Positions 8,371 through 15,684 of a stretch of DNA of 20,000 nt are shown in pieces. This DNA is from an uncultured virus (IMG/VR IMGVR_UViG_3300043570_001522) (lineage: Duplodnaviria; Heunggongvirae; Uroviricota; Caudoviricetes), in IMG/VR virus record IMGVR_UViG_3300043570_001522; one strand, written 5' to 3'. Each line of letters starts with the position of its first letter. Position 1 is the first letter of the stretch. The position numbers and the translations under genes are program-made. The notes beneath the pieces are model-generated. The model had not been told where the DNA came from. It was given only the letters and a program-made list of their open reading frames with translations, and did not search any database.

Positions 8371-8746
8371 AAGAGTTGGTAGAGAAGTTGTAAAAGATCT
8401 TATTAAAGGAGATGTTTGTAGACAGCTTTTAACTCTTAAGAATGAAAATATTAAGAACTTGCAAGAGCAGAATAAAGAACTTGCAGAGATTATAAAAATT
8501 AAAGACAGTATTCTTTCTAAGAAAGATGATATAATTACTATTCAAGATAAAGCTATTGGTTGGTGGAAAAAACCTGAGCTTCATGGATATCTAAGAGTTC
8601 AGACTGTAAATATCAGTTTAGTTGATCCTTATTTATTTGGAATTGTAATGGTGGAATTTCCAAAGATTAAAATAGGAGGGCAATATTTTGTACAACCAAA
8701 TAATCCAACAGGGTATGGATTAATTCTTGAATATAAATTATTTTAA
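8279..8746 (+). CDS. Secreted coiled-coil protein overlapping the Rz-like gene; outer spanin analogue
   Basis: It overlaps the previous gene by 92 nt in another frame. It has a signal peptide (MTQLRLLILCLLVSFKSIS/Q), a coiled coil and a beta-strand-like C-terminus ending GYGLILEYKLF. Confidence 0.6.
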   Translation: MTQLRLLILCLLVSFKSISQTDTIKKIVLDERVGREVVKDLIKGDVCRQLLTLKNENIKNLQEQNKELAEIIKIKDSILSKKDDIITIQDKAIGWWKKPELHGYLRVQTVNISLVDPYLFGIVMVEFPKIKIGGQYFVQPNNPTGYGLILEYKLF

Positions 8747-8750
8747 ACTA

Positions 8751-8900
8751 ATGGCAGCTAAAGCAAAAACACAAACAACAACATTCAAACCTACTGTAAA
8801 AGTAAGCAGACCTGGTGTACATGCTAAAAAGTCAACTTCTAAATTAAAATCTAGTAAAAACTATAAAAAAAGTTATGTTGGCCAAGGTAAAAGAAGATAA
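8751..8900 (+). CDS. Small basic protein (49 aa, not in the ORF track)
   Basis: Manual translation MAAKAKTQTTTFKPTVKVSRPGVHAKKSTSKLKSSKNYKKSYVGQGKRR*. It starts 4 nt after the previous stop and resembles small basic phage proteins ending Y.GQG. Confidence 0.7.
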   Translation: MAAKAKTQTTTFKPTVKVSRPGVHAKKSTSKLKSSKNYKKSYVGQGKRR

Positions 8901-8949
8901 TTTTTATGTTTATTTACATAAAAAAAAAGATAAGGACAAGGTAAGTAAT

Positions 8950-9096
8950 ATGGAAGATTGGGAATTAACAATAGAATTTCATTGGCCGCATGATAGATTT
9001 GCGTTGGGATGGGATTACATTCCTCCTGATAGGACTTTCAATTATACTACTATTAAATTTTATTTATTATTTATTACATTTACATTAGATTATTAA
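8950..9096 (+). CDS. Hypothetical protein (48 aa)
   Basis: MEDWELTIEFHWPHDRFALGWDY... The ATG at 8950 is preferred over 8875, which lies inside the upstream gene. Confidence 0.55.
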   Translation: MEDWELTIEFHWPHDRFALGWDYIPPDRTFNYTTIKFYLLFITFTLDY

Positions 9097-9108
9097 AAAA
9101 TTAAAACT

Positions 9109-9393
9109 ATGAAAGCTCAAGGTTTACAACAAGGTAAGATTTCAAAACAAAAAGTAAAACTTTTATGTAGAGAAGGAGGGGAATTAGATGATGCTATGTT
9201 ATCTTCTATGGTTGAAAAAATGAGAAAAGGTGGTGATGCCATGAGATATGCAACAAGTGCTGATGGTTCAACAAAAAAACAAGCATATAAAATGGGTGGT
9301 TGGATTGATGAATATGGAAGCTCAAAAAAGAAAAAATATATGAATGGTGGACAACCAACATCTTTTATATACTCAGGTCCATCTAAAAAATAA
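9109..9393 (+). CDS. Small basic protein with repeated GG motifs
   Basis: Contains CREGG, MRKGG, YKMGG and YMNGG. Confidence 0.7.
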   Translation: MKAQGLQQGKISKQKVKLLCREGGELDDAMLSSMVEKMRKGGDAMRYATSADGSTKKQAYKMGGWIDEYGSSKKKKYMNGGQPTSFIYSGPSKK

Positions 9394-9398
9394 TAACT

Positions 9399-9998
9399 AT
9401 GAATATTTTAACTGACGTATTAAGTTTAATAAGAAGAGGTGTGTTTGTAAAACAAGCACAACCTGATGATGTTATTGTAATTGGTGTAAATGAGCAACCA
9501 GATATGACTGGTGTTGCTTCACCAATACCATATAAATCTGTTAAGCTTATCAAGGTTAAAGATCTTAAGATTGCACCTGCATTTTGTGATAATGAAAATA
9601 CTTATTATTATCCAGAAGCTGGAGTAATTGGTCCATTTAAAGAACAAATAATTGATCCGGTAACTAATGTTTGTACAAATTATTTTAGATCTTTTATGTC
9701 ATTAAGTCCTAACTTGCTTATTAATGAATCAATTGACGGTGATCTTATTGAACTTACTACTACAGGTGAACCTAATACTGCAGCTAATTTAGGTACAGGT
9801 ACGGGTTTATATGCTAGTAAAGTAGGTGAAACACTTAATTTTAAATCATTAAAAGGTGTAGGTGTATCTATAACTCAATCAGCAACTGAAGTAACTTTAA
9901 ATTATGCAACAAGAGTGGTATTAACTTCACCTGATGGTGGCCTATGGCAAGTCACTGTTAATGATCTAGGAGTACTTGAAACAGCACTAATATCATAA
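9399..9998 (+). CDS. Putative virion structural / tail-fibre-like protein
   Basis: Gly/Thr-rich segment NTAANLGTGTGLYASKVGETLNFKSL and C-terminal VLTSPDG..WQVTVNDLG, both resembling phage fibre proteins. The N-terminus resembles that of 11118..12284. Confidence 0.55.
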   Translation: MNILTDVLSLIRRGVFVKQAQPDDVIVIGVNEQPDMTGVASPIPYKSVKLIKVKDLKIAPAFCDNENTYYYPEAGVIGPFKEQIIDPVTNVCTNYFRSFMSLSPNLLINESIDGDLIELTTTGEPNTAANLGTGTGLYASKVGETLNFKSLKGVGVSITQSATEVTLNYATRVVLTSPDGGLWQVTVNDLGVLETALIS

Positions 9999-9999
9999 A

Positions 10000-10266
10000 A
10001 TGAGAACTGAAAAAAAAATAAGTTGGATTAAAGGTTTGCTTCAAGATGAAACAGGTATTCCCTCATCAAAAAGATTTGTTGGTATTATAGCAGGTCTTGT
10101 TTTATCTTTCACGCTTATTGTAAATCAATTTACTCCAAAATTAACAGATCCATCTCCTGTATTAGTTAATGCAGTTGCAATGTTAGCATTTGGATGTTTG
10201 GGATTGGCTTCTGTAGATAAAATTTGGGGTAAAAGAAATTCAGAAAATATAAACAATAACCAATAA
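10000..10266 (+). CDS. Two-TM membrane protein (holin-like candidate)
   Basis: 88 aa, SSKRF motif followed by two hydrophobic helices and a charged C-terminus. Confidence 0.55.
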   Translation: MRTEKKISWIKGLLQDETGIPSSKRFVGIIAGLVLSFTLIVNQFTPKLTDPSPVLVNAVAMLAFGCLGLASVDKIWGKRNSENINNNQ

Positions 10267-10268
10267 AT

Positions 10269-10505
10269 ATGAAAGTCATGATTAGTAAAGAAAGCAAAGC
10301 AGAAGAACGCAAATGGCAAATTCAATCTGCATTAAGCACACTGCAAAGAGCTGAAGAAATTAAAAATGATACATCTTTAATGAGAGATGTTAAAAAAGCT
10401 GCCGGTATGGAAGCTAAGAGATTACAAACATTAGCTAATGGTGGTAGTGTTATATCAAGTGCTAAAAAAGCACCTGTTAAAAAAGTAGTAACTAAAAAAA
10501 AATAA
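10269..10505 (+). CDS. Small basic hypothetical protein
   Basis: ORF in operon context with LANGG and a Lys-rich tail. Confidence 0.65.
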   Translation: MKVMISKESKAEERKWQIQSALSTLQRAEEIKNDTSLMRDVKKAAGMEAKRLQTLANGGSVISSAKKAPVKKVVTKKK

Positions 10506-10511
10506 GACAAA

Positions 10512-10760
10512 ATGGGAACTCCTAAACAAGGCATTTCTTTTCCAGCTCAAGGATTAGTATACCAAAGAGAAACAACAAATGGATATTATGATCCTACATC
10601 TATACCTGCAGCTATTCAACAAAAAAAGAATCAAGCTAAGGTATTAAGAAGTATTAAGAAAGCAAAAGATGGAATTAATATTCCAAGATCAAGTACAAGA
10701 GCAAAAGAACCAGTACAATCAGCTGCATTTAAAAGCGGTAATTGTGGATATAAAAAATAA
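10512..10760 (+). CDS. Small basic hypothetical protein
   Basis: ORF tightly packed in the operon. Confidence 0.65.
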   Translation: MGTPKQGISFPAQGLVYQRETTNGYYDPTSIPAAIQQKKNQAKVLRSIKKAKDGINIPRSSTRAKEPVQSAAFKSGNCGYKK

Positions 10761-10766
10761 ATAATT

Positions 10767-11111
10767 ATGGCAACTATAGTAGCACAAAGAATATTACAAT
10801 CAGGATTAATTCCTGCTTACTCTGCAGCATCAGCTGGTGGAGATAAACTTGTTAATACGGGAATACAATATTTTCATGTTAAAAATGACAGTGGTGTTAC
10901 TATAACTGCAAACGTAGTACCAATAGTAACAGTATTCATTGATCCTGTATTAGGAAAACTTATTAAACAAACTGCAAGTTTAGTATTAACTGCAGGTCAA
11001 TCAGGATTTTTAGGACCATTTGAAACAGGTGCTTTTAATGATACACAAGGATTTATAACAATAACTTGTACAGCTACTGCTTCAGTAACTATAGCTGCAC
11101 TTTATATTTAA
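10767..11111 (+). CDS. Putative small beta-rich virion protein
   Basis: Ala/Thr/Gly/Val-rich 114 aa with a beta-strand pattern (AASAGGDKLVNTG..FHVKN), located among late genes. Confidence 0.5.
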   Translation: MATIVAQRILQSGLIPAYSAASAGGDKLVNTGIQYFHVKNDSGVTITANVVPIVTVFIDPVLGKLIKQTASLVLTAGQSGFLGPFETGAFNDTQGFITITCTATASVTIAALYI

Positions 11112-11117
11112 ACAATT

Positions 11118-12284
11118 ATGAGCAATTTTATACAAGAAGTATTAGGATTACTAAACAGAAATCAAAAAAAGATAACTTTAGATAAAAATAAAGATTGGTT
11201 TGAATTTGGTAAACTATATCAAACTGGTACATTAAATACCGGAACTTCATACAGCCCTAAAATGGACCCTTTTGTAATTAAATGGGGTGATTTTGTTTGT
11301 CAAGCTACAGAAGATATGACAAGAACTTTACCCGGTCAAGGTAATCTTGGTTATATTCCTGTATACACTGATCCATCAGGATCTTGTAGTTGGGATACTT
11401 TAAAAGATTCTATTATTACACAGAATACACTTAATACCACCATTAATATTGCAGGTAATTTAGTGGTAAGTGGTACAGTAAAATTAGATGGTACTATTCA
11501 AGATAATGTTCCAGATAAAGTTCTTGTTATAGATGGAAGTAATATTGTTAGATGGAGAGCTGCAAGTACAATTAGTGGTGGTGGTACAGTAACTGCAGAC
11601 AATGGTCTTACAATGAGTACTGCTACTAATGTAAGATTAGGGGGAACATTGACACAGGCTACTATTATTTATACAGGTTCAGCTACAACAAATACTTTTG
11701 ATATTAGGTCAGGAACATCAGGTAGTAGTTTTACAAGATTATATATTGACCCATCTCCATCAGGTTACACACAAATATCATCCAATGATAACATAAATTT
11801 CATAAAAGTAAATAATACAAATATTGAAATAGGTGCTGGTAAAGTATATATGTATAATTTAGATACATCAACGGCAAATAATATATTATACTATGATTCA
11901 ACTACAAGTAAAGTAACTTATGGAATAGCTCCTCAACCGCCAAAAATATTTGTAGCAAAACTTACTCAATCTGGAGTACTAGCACCAACTATGCTTACAG
12001 TATATGATTCTTTTGGTGGTACTATAATATGGACATGGGATTATATTAGTCCAGGTGTATATAGATTAACAGCTAGTCAACCTATTTTTGATATTAATAA
12101 AACAGCATATTATATTATACCTGATGCAAAAAACTATCCCGGAGGACCAGCAAAACCTTATATAGCAATGATTAGAAGATATAGTGATACAGAAGTATAC
12201 ATAAACACATGGGATATAGGATCAACTACAGGGTATGGTGATGATTGGCTTAATAGAGCTACATTAAAAATTGAGTTTTACTAA
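11118..12284 (+). CDS. Putative tail fibre / spike protein
   Basis: Thr/Gly/Asn-rich, with fibre-like motifs (ADNGLT, VRLGGTLT) and a distinct C-terminal domain (FVAKLTQSG..AP ... PGVYRLT ... LKIEFY). Confidence 0.6.
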   Translation: MSNFIQEVLGLLNRNQKKITLDKNKDWFEFGKLYQTGTLNTGTSYSPKMDPFVIKWGDFVCQATEDMTRTLPGQGNLGYIPVYTDPSGSCSWDTLKDSIITQNTLNTTINIAGNLVVSGTVKLDGTIQDNVPDKVLVIDGSNIVRWRAASTISGGGTVTADNGLTMSTATNVRLGGTLTQATIIYTGSATTNTFDIRSGTSGSSFTRLYIDPSPSGYTQISSNDNINFIKVNNTNIEIGAGKVYMYNLDTSTANNILYYDSTTSKVTYGIAPQPPKIFVAKLTQSGVLAPTMLTVYDSFGGTIIWTWDYISPGVYRLTASQPIFDINKTAYYIIPDAKNYPGGPAKPYIAMIRRYSDTEVYINTWDIGSTTGYGDDWLNRATLKIEFY

Positions 12285-12303
12285 TAATTAAAAAATAAAT
12301 AAT

Positions 12304-12465
12304 ATGAAAAAATATCAAATGGGTGGAACTAGTCAATCATATACAAGTGATGAATTAAATCCTAATAAAATTAAAAGTCCAGTTGCACCTAATCCGTCAT
12401 TTGTTCCATCTGGTTCAGGAAGTCAAATGAAAAAAGGAGGTTCAGTAAAATCTAAAAAATGTTAA
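12304..12465 (+). CDS. Small protein with GG motifs (53 aa, not in the ORF track)
   Basis: Manual translation MKKYQMGGTSQSYTSDELNPNKIKSPVAPNPSFVPSGSGSQMKKGGSVKSKKC*. It fills the gap between two genes. Confidence 0.65.
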   Translation: MKKYQMGGTSQSYTSDELNPNKIKSPVAPNPSFVPSGSGSQMKKGGSVKSKKC

Positions 12466-12468
12466 ACT

Positions 12469-12741
12469 ATGGCAAAGACAGCTGCATGGCAAAGAGCCGA
12501 AGGTAAAAGTAAGAGTGGTGGATTAAATGCTAAAGGTGTTGCTAGTTATAGAAGAGAAAATCCAGGTAGTAAACTACAGACTGCGGTAACTAAAAAGCCT
12601 TCAGAATTAAAACCTGGTAGTAAAGATGCTAAAAGACGTAAATCCTTTTGTGCAAGAATGTCAGGAGTTAAAGGTCCAATGAAAGATGAAAAGGGTAAAC
12701 CTACAAGAAAAGCATTGGCTTTGAGAAAATGGAACTGCTAA
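12469..12741 (+). CDS. Conserved basic phage protein (DUF6321-like)
   Basis: Motifs AWQR.EGK..SGGLNAKG.ASY, RRKSFCARM and ALRKWNC, recalled from a widespread phage family. Confidence 0.65.
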   Translation: MAKTAAWQRAEGKSKSGGLNAKGVASYRRENPGSKLQTAVTKKPSELKPGSKDAKRRKSFCARMSGVKGPMKDEKGKPTRKALALRKWNC

Positions 12742-12792
12742 TATAGCAAAGTAAATGTTAAAACAAGAACGTAAAATTAAAACTAAATAAAA

Positions 12793-13140
12793 ATGAGAAA
12801 ATGGTTAGTTAAAAATTTTGTATTAGATTATATGCTTACAATATTTAATAAAACATATAATGCTCCAAGAGCAAGTAGAATAATTTTTCCAATATTTGTA
12901 ATTACAGGAAGTCTTGTAGCAACAAACCCTGATTGGCCAACTCCTACTGTTTTAATTTGGGTTATGTATTTAGTTACTGCAATTAGTTTGTTTTTTGGAT
13001 TTATTTATTTTAGAATATATCCAGCTAGTTGGGAAGAATTAGATGATTTTCAAAAATTTCAATATGGATTTTTTAAAGGTGAAACTTTATCATCAGAACA
13101 ATTTACAGAATGGCTTAAAATTAAAAATAAATTTATATAA
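12793..13140 (+). CDS. Membrane protein (2 TM)
   Basis: Hydrophobic segments IIFPIFVITGSLVA and VLIWVMYLVTAISLFFGFIYF. Last gene of the + arm. Confidence 0.7.
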   Translation: MRKWLVKNFVLDYMLTIFNKTYNAPRASRIIFPIFVITGSLVATNPDWPTPTVLIWVMYLVTAISLFFGFIYFRIYPASWEELDDFQKFQYGFFKGETLSSEQFTEWLKIKNKFI

Positions 13141-13145
13141 TTGAT

Positions 13146-13187
13146 TGGGCATAGTAGCTAATATAATAGTTATTATGCCCATTTTTT
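13146..13187. terminator. Intrinsic terminator at the convergence of the late and early arms
   Basis: Stem tgggcatagtagcta / tagttattatgccca with two G-U pairs, a 6-nt loop and a following T tract. Confidence 0.8.
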
Positions 13188-13194
13188 ATATATT

Positions 13195-13413
13195 TTATTT
13201 AACATGTTGTCTACTTTTATCTTTACAAACTACAAAACAATTACTTTTCCTATTATCTCTTGTAATTACTTGAGTTCCATCATGAAATGTAGTCAACCAA
13301 CAATATTCCGTATTATCTTTAGAAATTTTTCCTTGATGAATGACATTACCAACACGTAATAAAGCTACTCCAGGATCTATGTCATCTCTAACATCTATTA
13401 TAATTCTACTCAT
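13195..13413 (-). CDS. Hypothetical protein
   Basis: ORF with a 4-nt ATGA overlap to the upstream gene. Confidence 0.65.
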   Translation of the reverse strand: MSRIIIDVRDDIDPGVALLRVGNVIHQGKISKDNTEYCWLTTFHDGTQVITRDNRKSNCFVVCKDKSRQHVK

Positions 13414-13622
13414 TTTTCTTTTTCTAAAGGTTCTTTAAAAGCAGGAGTATCATCTTCTTTCCAGTTAGTTAGAAGTTTCCATTTAGCAAAAAGCACTTTA
13501 GATTTTTCAACATAAAATAAGGGAATAGTCCTCATTTTATAAATGCTTTTAATTTCTTTTTCTACTGCTTCTATTTTTTCACCTAATTCATTTTCAGTAT
13601 AAGAGCGGCCTTTATTCATCAT
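13410..13622 (-). CDS. Hypothetical protein
   Basis: ORF with 4-nt overlaps on both sides. Confidence 0.65.
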   Translation of the reverse strand: MMNKGRSYTENELGEKIEAVEKEIKSIYKMRTIPLFYVEKSKVLFAKWKLLTNWKEDDTPAFKEPLEKEK

Positions 13623-13975
13623 AATTTTTTATTTAAAGTTTCTACTAGTTTTAATATAAATTTTATCATTTCTTCTTTTTTAGTATAAAAGTATAATTCA
13701 TTATTTGTTGTTAAATAAAATGTATAAAAGTAATGCCCATCACTACACGTATACATTTGCCCTTCATAAATTGTTTTTTTATCAAATAGTTTTCTAGATG
13801 AAATTATTTTTAATCTTTGATCAAATAAACATACACTGTCTTTTCCAATTTCAAAATATCCATTTTTGTTTAGTGGTTGAAATTTACCTAAGTTATCTCT
13901 AATAAAAGAGTTATCATAGTAATATTCTTGAGAATAAGAAAATATTGAGCATAATAATAGAAATGTTATTTTCAT
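13619..13975 (-). CDS. Secreted hypothetical protein
   Basis: Signal peptide MKITFLLLCSIFSYS followed by Gln, in the Bacteroidota SPI style. Confidence 0.65.
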   Translation of the reverse strand: MKITFLLLCSIFSYSQEYYYDNSFIRDNLGKFQPLNKNGYFEIGKDSVCLFDQRLKIISSRKLFDKKTIYEGQMYTCSDGHYFYTFYLTTNNELYFYTKKEEMIKFILKLVETLNKKL

Positions 13976-13986
13976 AATCTTTTTGT

Positions 13987-14199
13987 TTAATTATCAAACC
14001 ATTTAATTCCTAAACATATATCCATCATTTTTCTATGTAACCATTTTGGTTTTTCTGTAAGGCAAAGTTGTAAACAACCATCTCCTTTTCCAATTTGATA
14101 ATAACCTACATAATTAAATGTGTTTATTGCAAAAGATAACGGCTCACTATACTCCAGCTTAATTTCAGATTTGTTAATATCTGTATTTTTGTAGTTCAT
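13987..14199 (-). CDS. Hypothetical protein
   Basis: ORF in operon context with a 4-nt overlap. Confidence 0.6.
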   Translation of the reverse strand: MNYKNTDINKSEIKLEYSEPLSFAINTFNYVGYYQIGKGDGCLQLCLTEKPKWLHRKMMDICLGIKWFDN

Positions 14200-14405
14200 A
14201 ATTTCTTTATTTCTTGTTTAACTTTGTACAACCTACTTTTTTTATTATAAATTACATTTTCTTGTGGTATAACTTTTACTTCACTAATTAAAATTTTACA
14301 AGGTTCATCAAAGTAATGAATATAATTAGGATCTGTTTTTAAAACCATACCAGCTTCACAATATTTTGGATTAATTCCTTTTGGTTGAAAATAAATTGTA
14401 CTCAT
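14196..14405 (-). CDS. Hypothetical protein
   Basis: ORF in operon context. Confidence 0.6.
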   Translation of the reverse strand: MSTIYFQPKGINPKYCEAGMVLKTDPNYIHYFDEPCKILISEVKVIPQENVIYNKKSRLYKVKQEIKKL

Positions 14406-14410
14406 AGTTT

Positions 14411-14686
14411 TTATTTTAAAAATATTTTAAGTGTTTTACCATCATCTTGGTACTGCAATTCTACATCTTTAGCATTATAGTTTGTGTATGCTCTACCCTT
14501 ATATGGTAGTGAATGTTGTATTACTTCTACTCTTGTTACTTTAGGAAGAACAAAAGTTGTTTTTAAACCTTCTGGTTTACATTTATCACAATATAAATCT
14601 TTAGTCAACCCTGTAGATATTATTACACTACATTTATGACACAAAGTTGCACCATTACCATTATTAAATTTATGTATTGGTTTCAT
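14411..14686 (-). CDS. Hypothetical protein with an N-terminal CxxC...CxxC zinc-finger
   Basis: CHKC and CDKC motifs. Confidence 0.65.
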   Translation of the reverse strand: MKPIHKFNNGNGATLCHKCSVIISTGLTKDLYCDKCKPEGLKTTFVLPKVTRVEVIQHSLPYKGRAYTNYNAKDVELQYQDDGKTLKIFLK

Positions 14687-15246
14687 TTTTTTTTAATTAA
14701 ATATTTATTATTCCATGTTGATCTTTTATTATGAGAATCTTTCCATGGCCAAGTCATTCTTGCTTTATGTAAATTTTTATCTGAATAGTTTTTCCACCAT
14801 AATGCCATTTCCCAATATCTATCATCATCACCATCTGGTGCATGCCAATGCATTACAAACTGCCAATGAAAGAAAAATATATAAAATGCAGGAGCCCATT
14901 CAAATCTAGGTGAATCATATTTATCTTTCCAACCTAATTCATTTTTTTGAATGCTCCAAGGCCAACCTATTTGGATCCAATAATGATTACCAAAAATTGG
15001 TACTATCCAATCTTTAGCACGCCTAACCATAGGCATATTTTTAAATTTTTCTCTATTACGGTAATAAGGATAATCTAAAATTTCTTTATTTAACTCTTTT
15101 TGAGTTTTGGGTATTAATCTACGTATACTAATTATATTCTTATTAAAGCCCATAGGCCAGAAATATGGTGTACCATAGATTATTTTTCCTAAATAGTACT
15201 TTTTTACGGGTGGTACAAATACACCCTTTAAATCACTTATTTTCAT
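14683..15246 (-). CDS. Trp-rich hypothetical protein
   Basis: 187 aa ORF with many Trp residues (LGWKDKYDSPRFEW). Confidence 0.7.
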   Translation of the reverse strand: MKISDLKGVFVPPVKKYYLGKIIYGTPYFWPMGFNKNIISIRRLIPKTQKELNKEILDYPYYRNREKFKNMPMVRRAKDWIVPIFGNHYWIQIGWPWSIQKNELGWKDKYDSPRFEWAPAFYIFFFHWQFVMHWHAPDGDDDRYWEMALWWKNYSDKNLHKARMTWPWKDSHNKRSTWNNKYLIKKK

Positions 15247-15379
15247 ATCCTATAATATTATTTATCCACCATTTTTTAAATTTAGATGACTCAGGTAATT
15301 TAATTACAAATTTATCTAAAATTATAATAGATATAAAAATTGTTAATTCAATAACCAATAAAATGATGAGTATTTTCAT
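15233..15379 (-). CDS. Small membrane protein (48 aa, not in the ORF track)
   Basis: Manual translation MKILIILLVIELTIFISIIILDKFVIKLPESSKFKKWWINNIIGYENK*. Confidence 0.55.
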   Translation of the reverse strand: MKILIILLVIELTIFISIIILDKFVIKLPESSKFKKWWINNIIGYENK

Positions 15380-15381
15380 AT

Positions 15382-15555
15382 TTAATTTAATTCATTTTTG
15401 AACATATAAAAAGCAGTTAAAACTTCATTCCAGTATTGGGACATATAAGAATCTAAAACTACTAAGTATAAACATTGTAATATATGTTTTTCTCCATCAG
15501 ACTCTCCAAGTCTAATAAAAATTTGTTTGGCTTTTTCTTTTGTTGTTATATTCAT
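15382..15555 (-). CDS. Hypothetical protein (57 aa, not in the ORF track)
   Basis: Manual translation MNITTKEKAKQIF...QYWNEVLTAFYMFKNELN*. It fills the gap, with 2-nt spacing to the next gene. Confidence 0.55.
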   Translation of the reverse strand: MNITTKEKAKQIFIRLGESDGEKHILQCLYLVVLDSYMSQYWNEVLTAFYMFKNELN

Positions 15556-15559
15556 TTTT

Positions 15560-15594
15560 TAAAAGGTAAAGGGGATGATCTTACTCATCCCCTT
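15560..15594 (-). terminator. Intrinsic terminator-like hairpin downstream of the DUF932 gene
   Basis: Perfect 10-bp stem aaggggatga / tcatcccctt with a 6-nt loop. On the - strand it is followed by a T-rich tail. Confidence 0.65.
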
Positions 15595-15610
15595 GTTGGT
15601 TTACCTATAA

Positions 15611-15682
15611 TTACTTTGGATCATTTGTTATGCACAAATAAAAGCATATAAAAGCAAATATAGCTGCTAACAAAATCCACAT
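15611..15682 (-). CDS. Possible 23-aa hydrophobic peptide
   Basis: MWILLAAIFAFICFYLCITNDPK*, starting 2 nt after the DUF932 stop. Confidence 0.35.
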   Translation of the reverse strand: MWILLAAIFAFICFYLCITNDPK

Positions 15683-15684
15683 AA

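Noticed and set aside
8875..8949. N-terminal extension of the 73-aa ORF
   Set aside because: It starts inside the 8751..8900 gene; the ATG at 8950 fits better.
5020..15401. ORFs 5020..5205, 6771..6983, 10125..10325, 10322..10534, 14715..14909 and 15165..15401
   Set aside because: Antisense shadows of better-supported genes.
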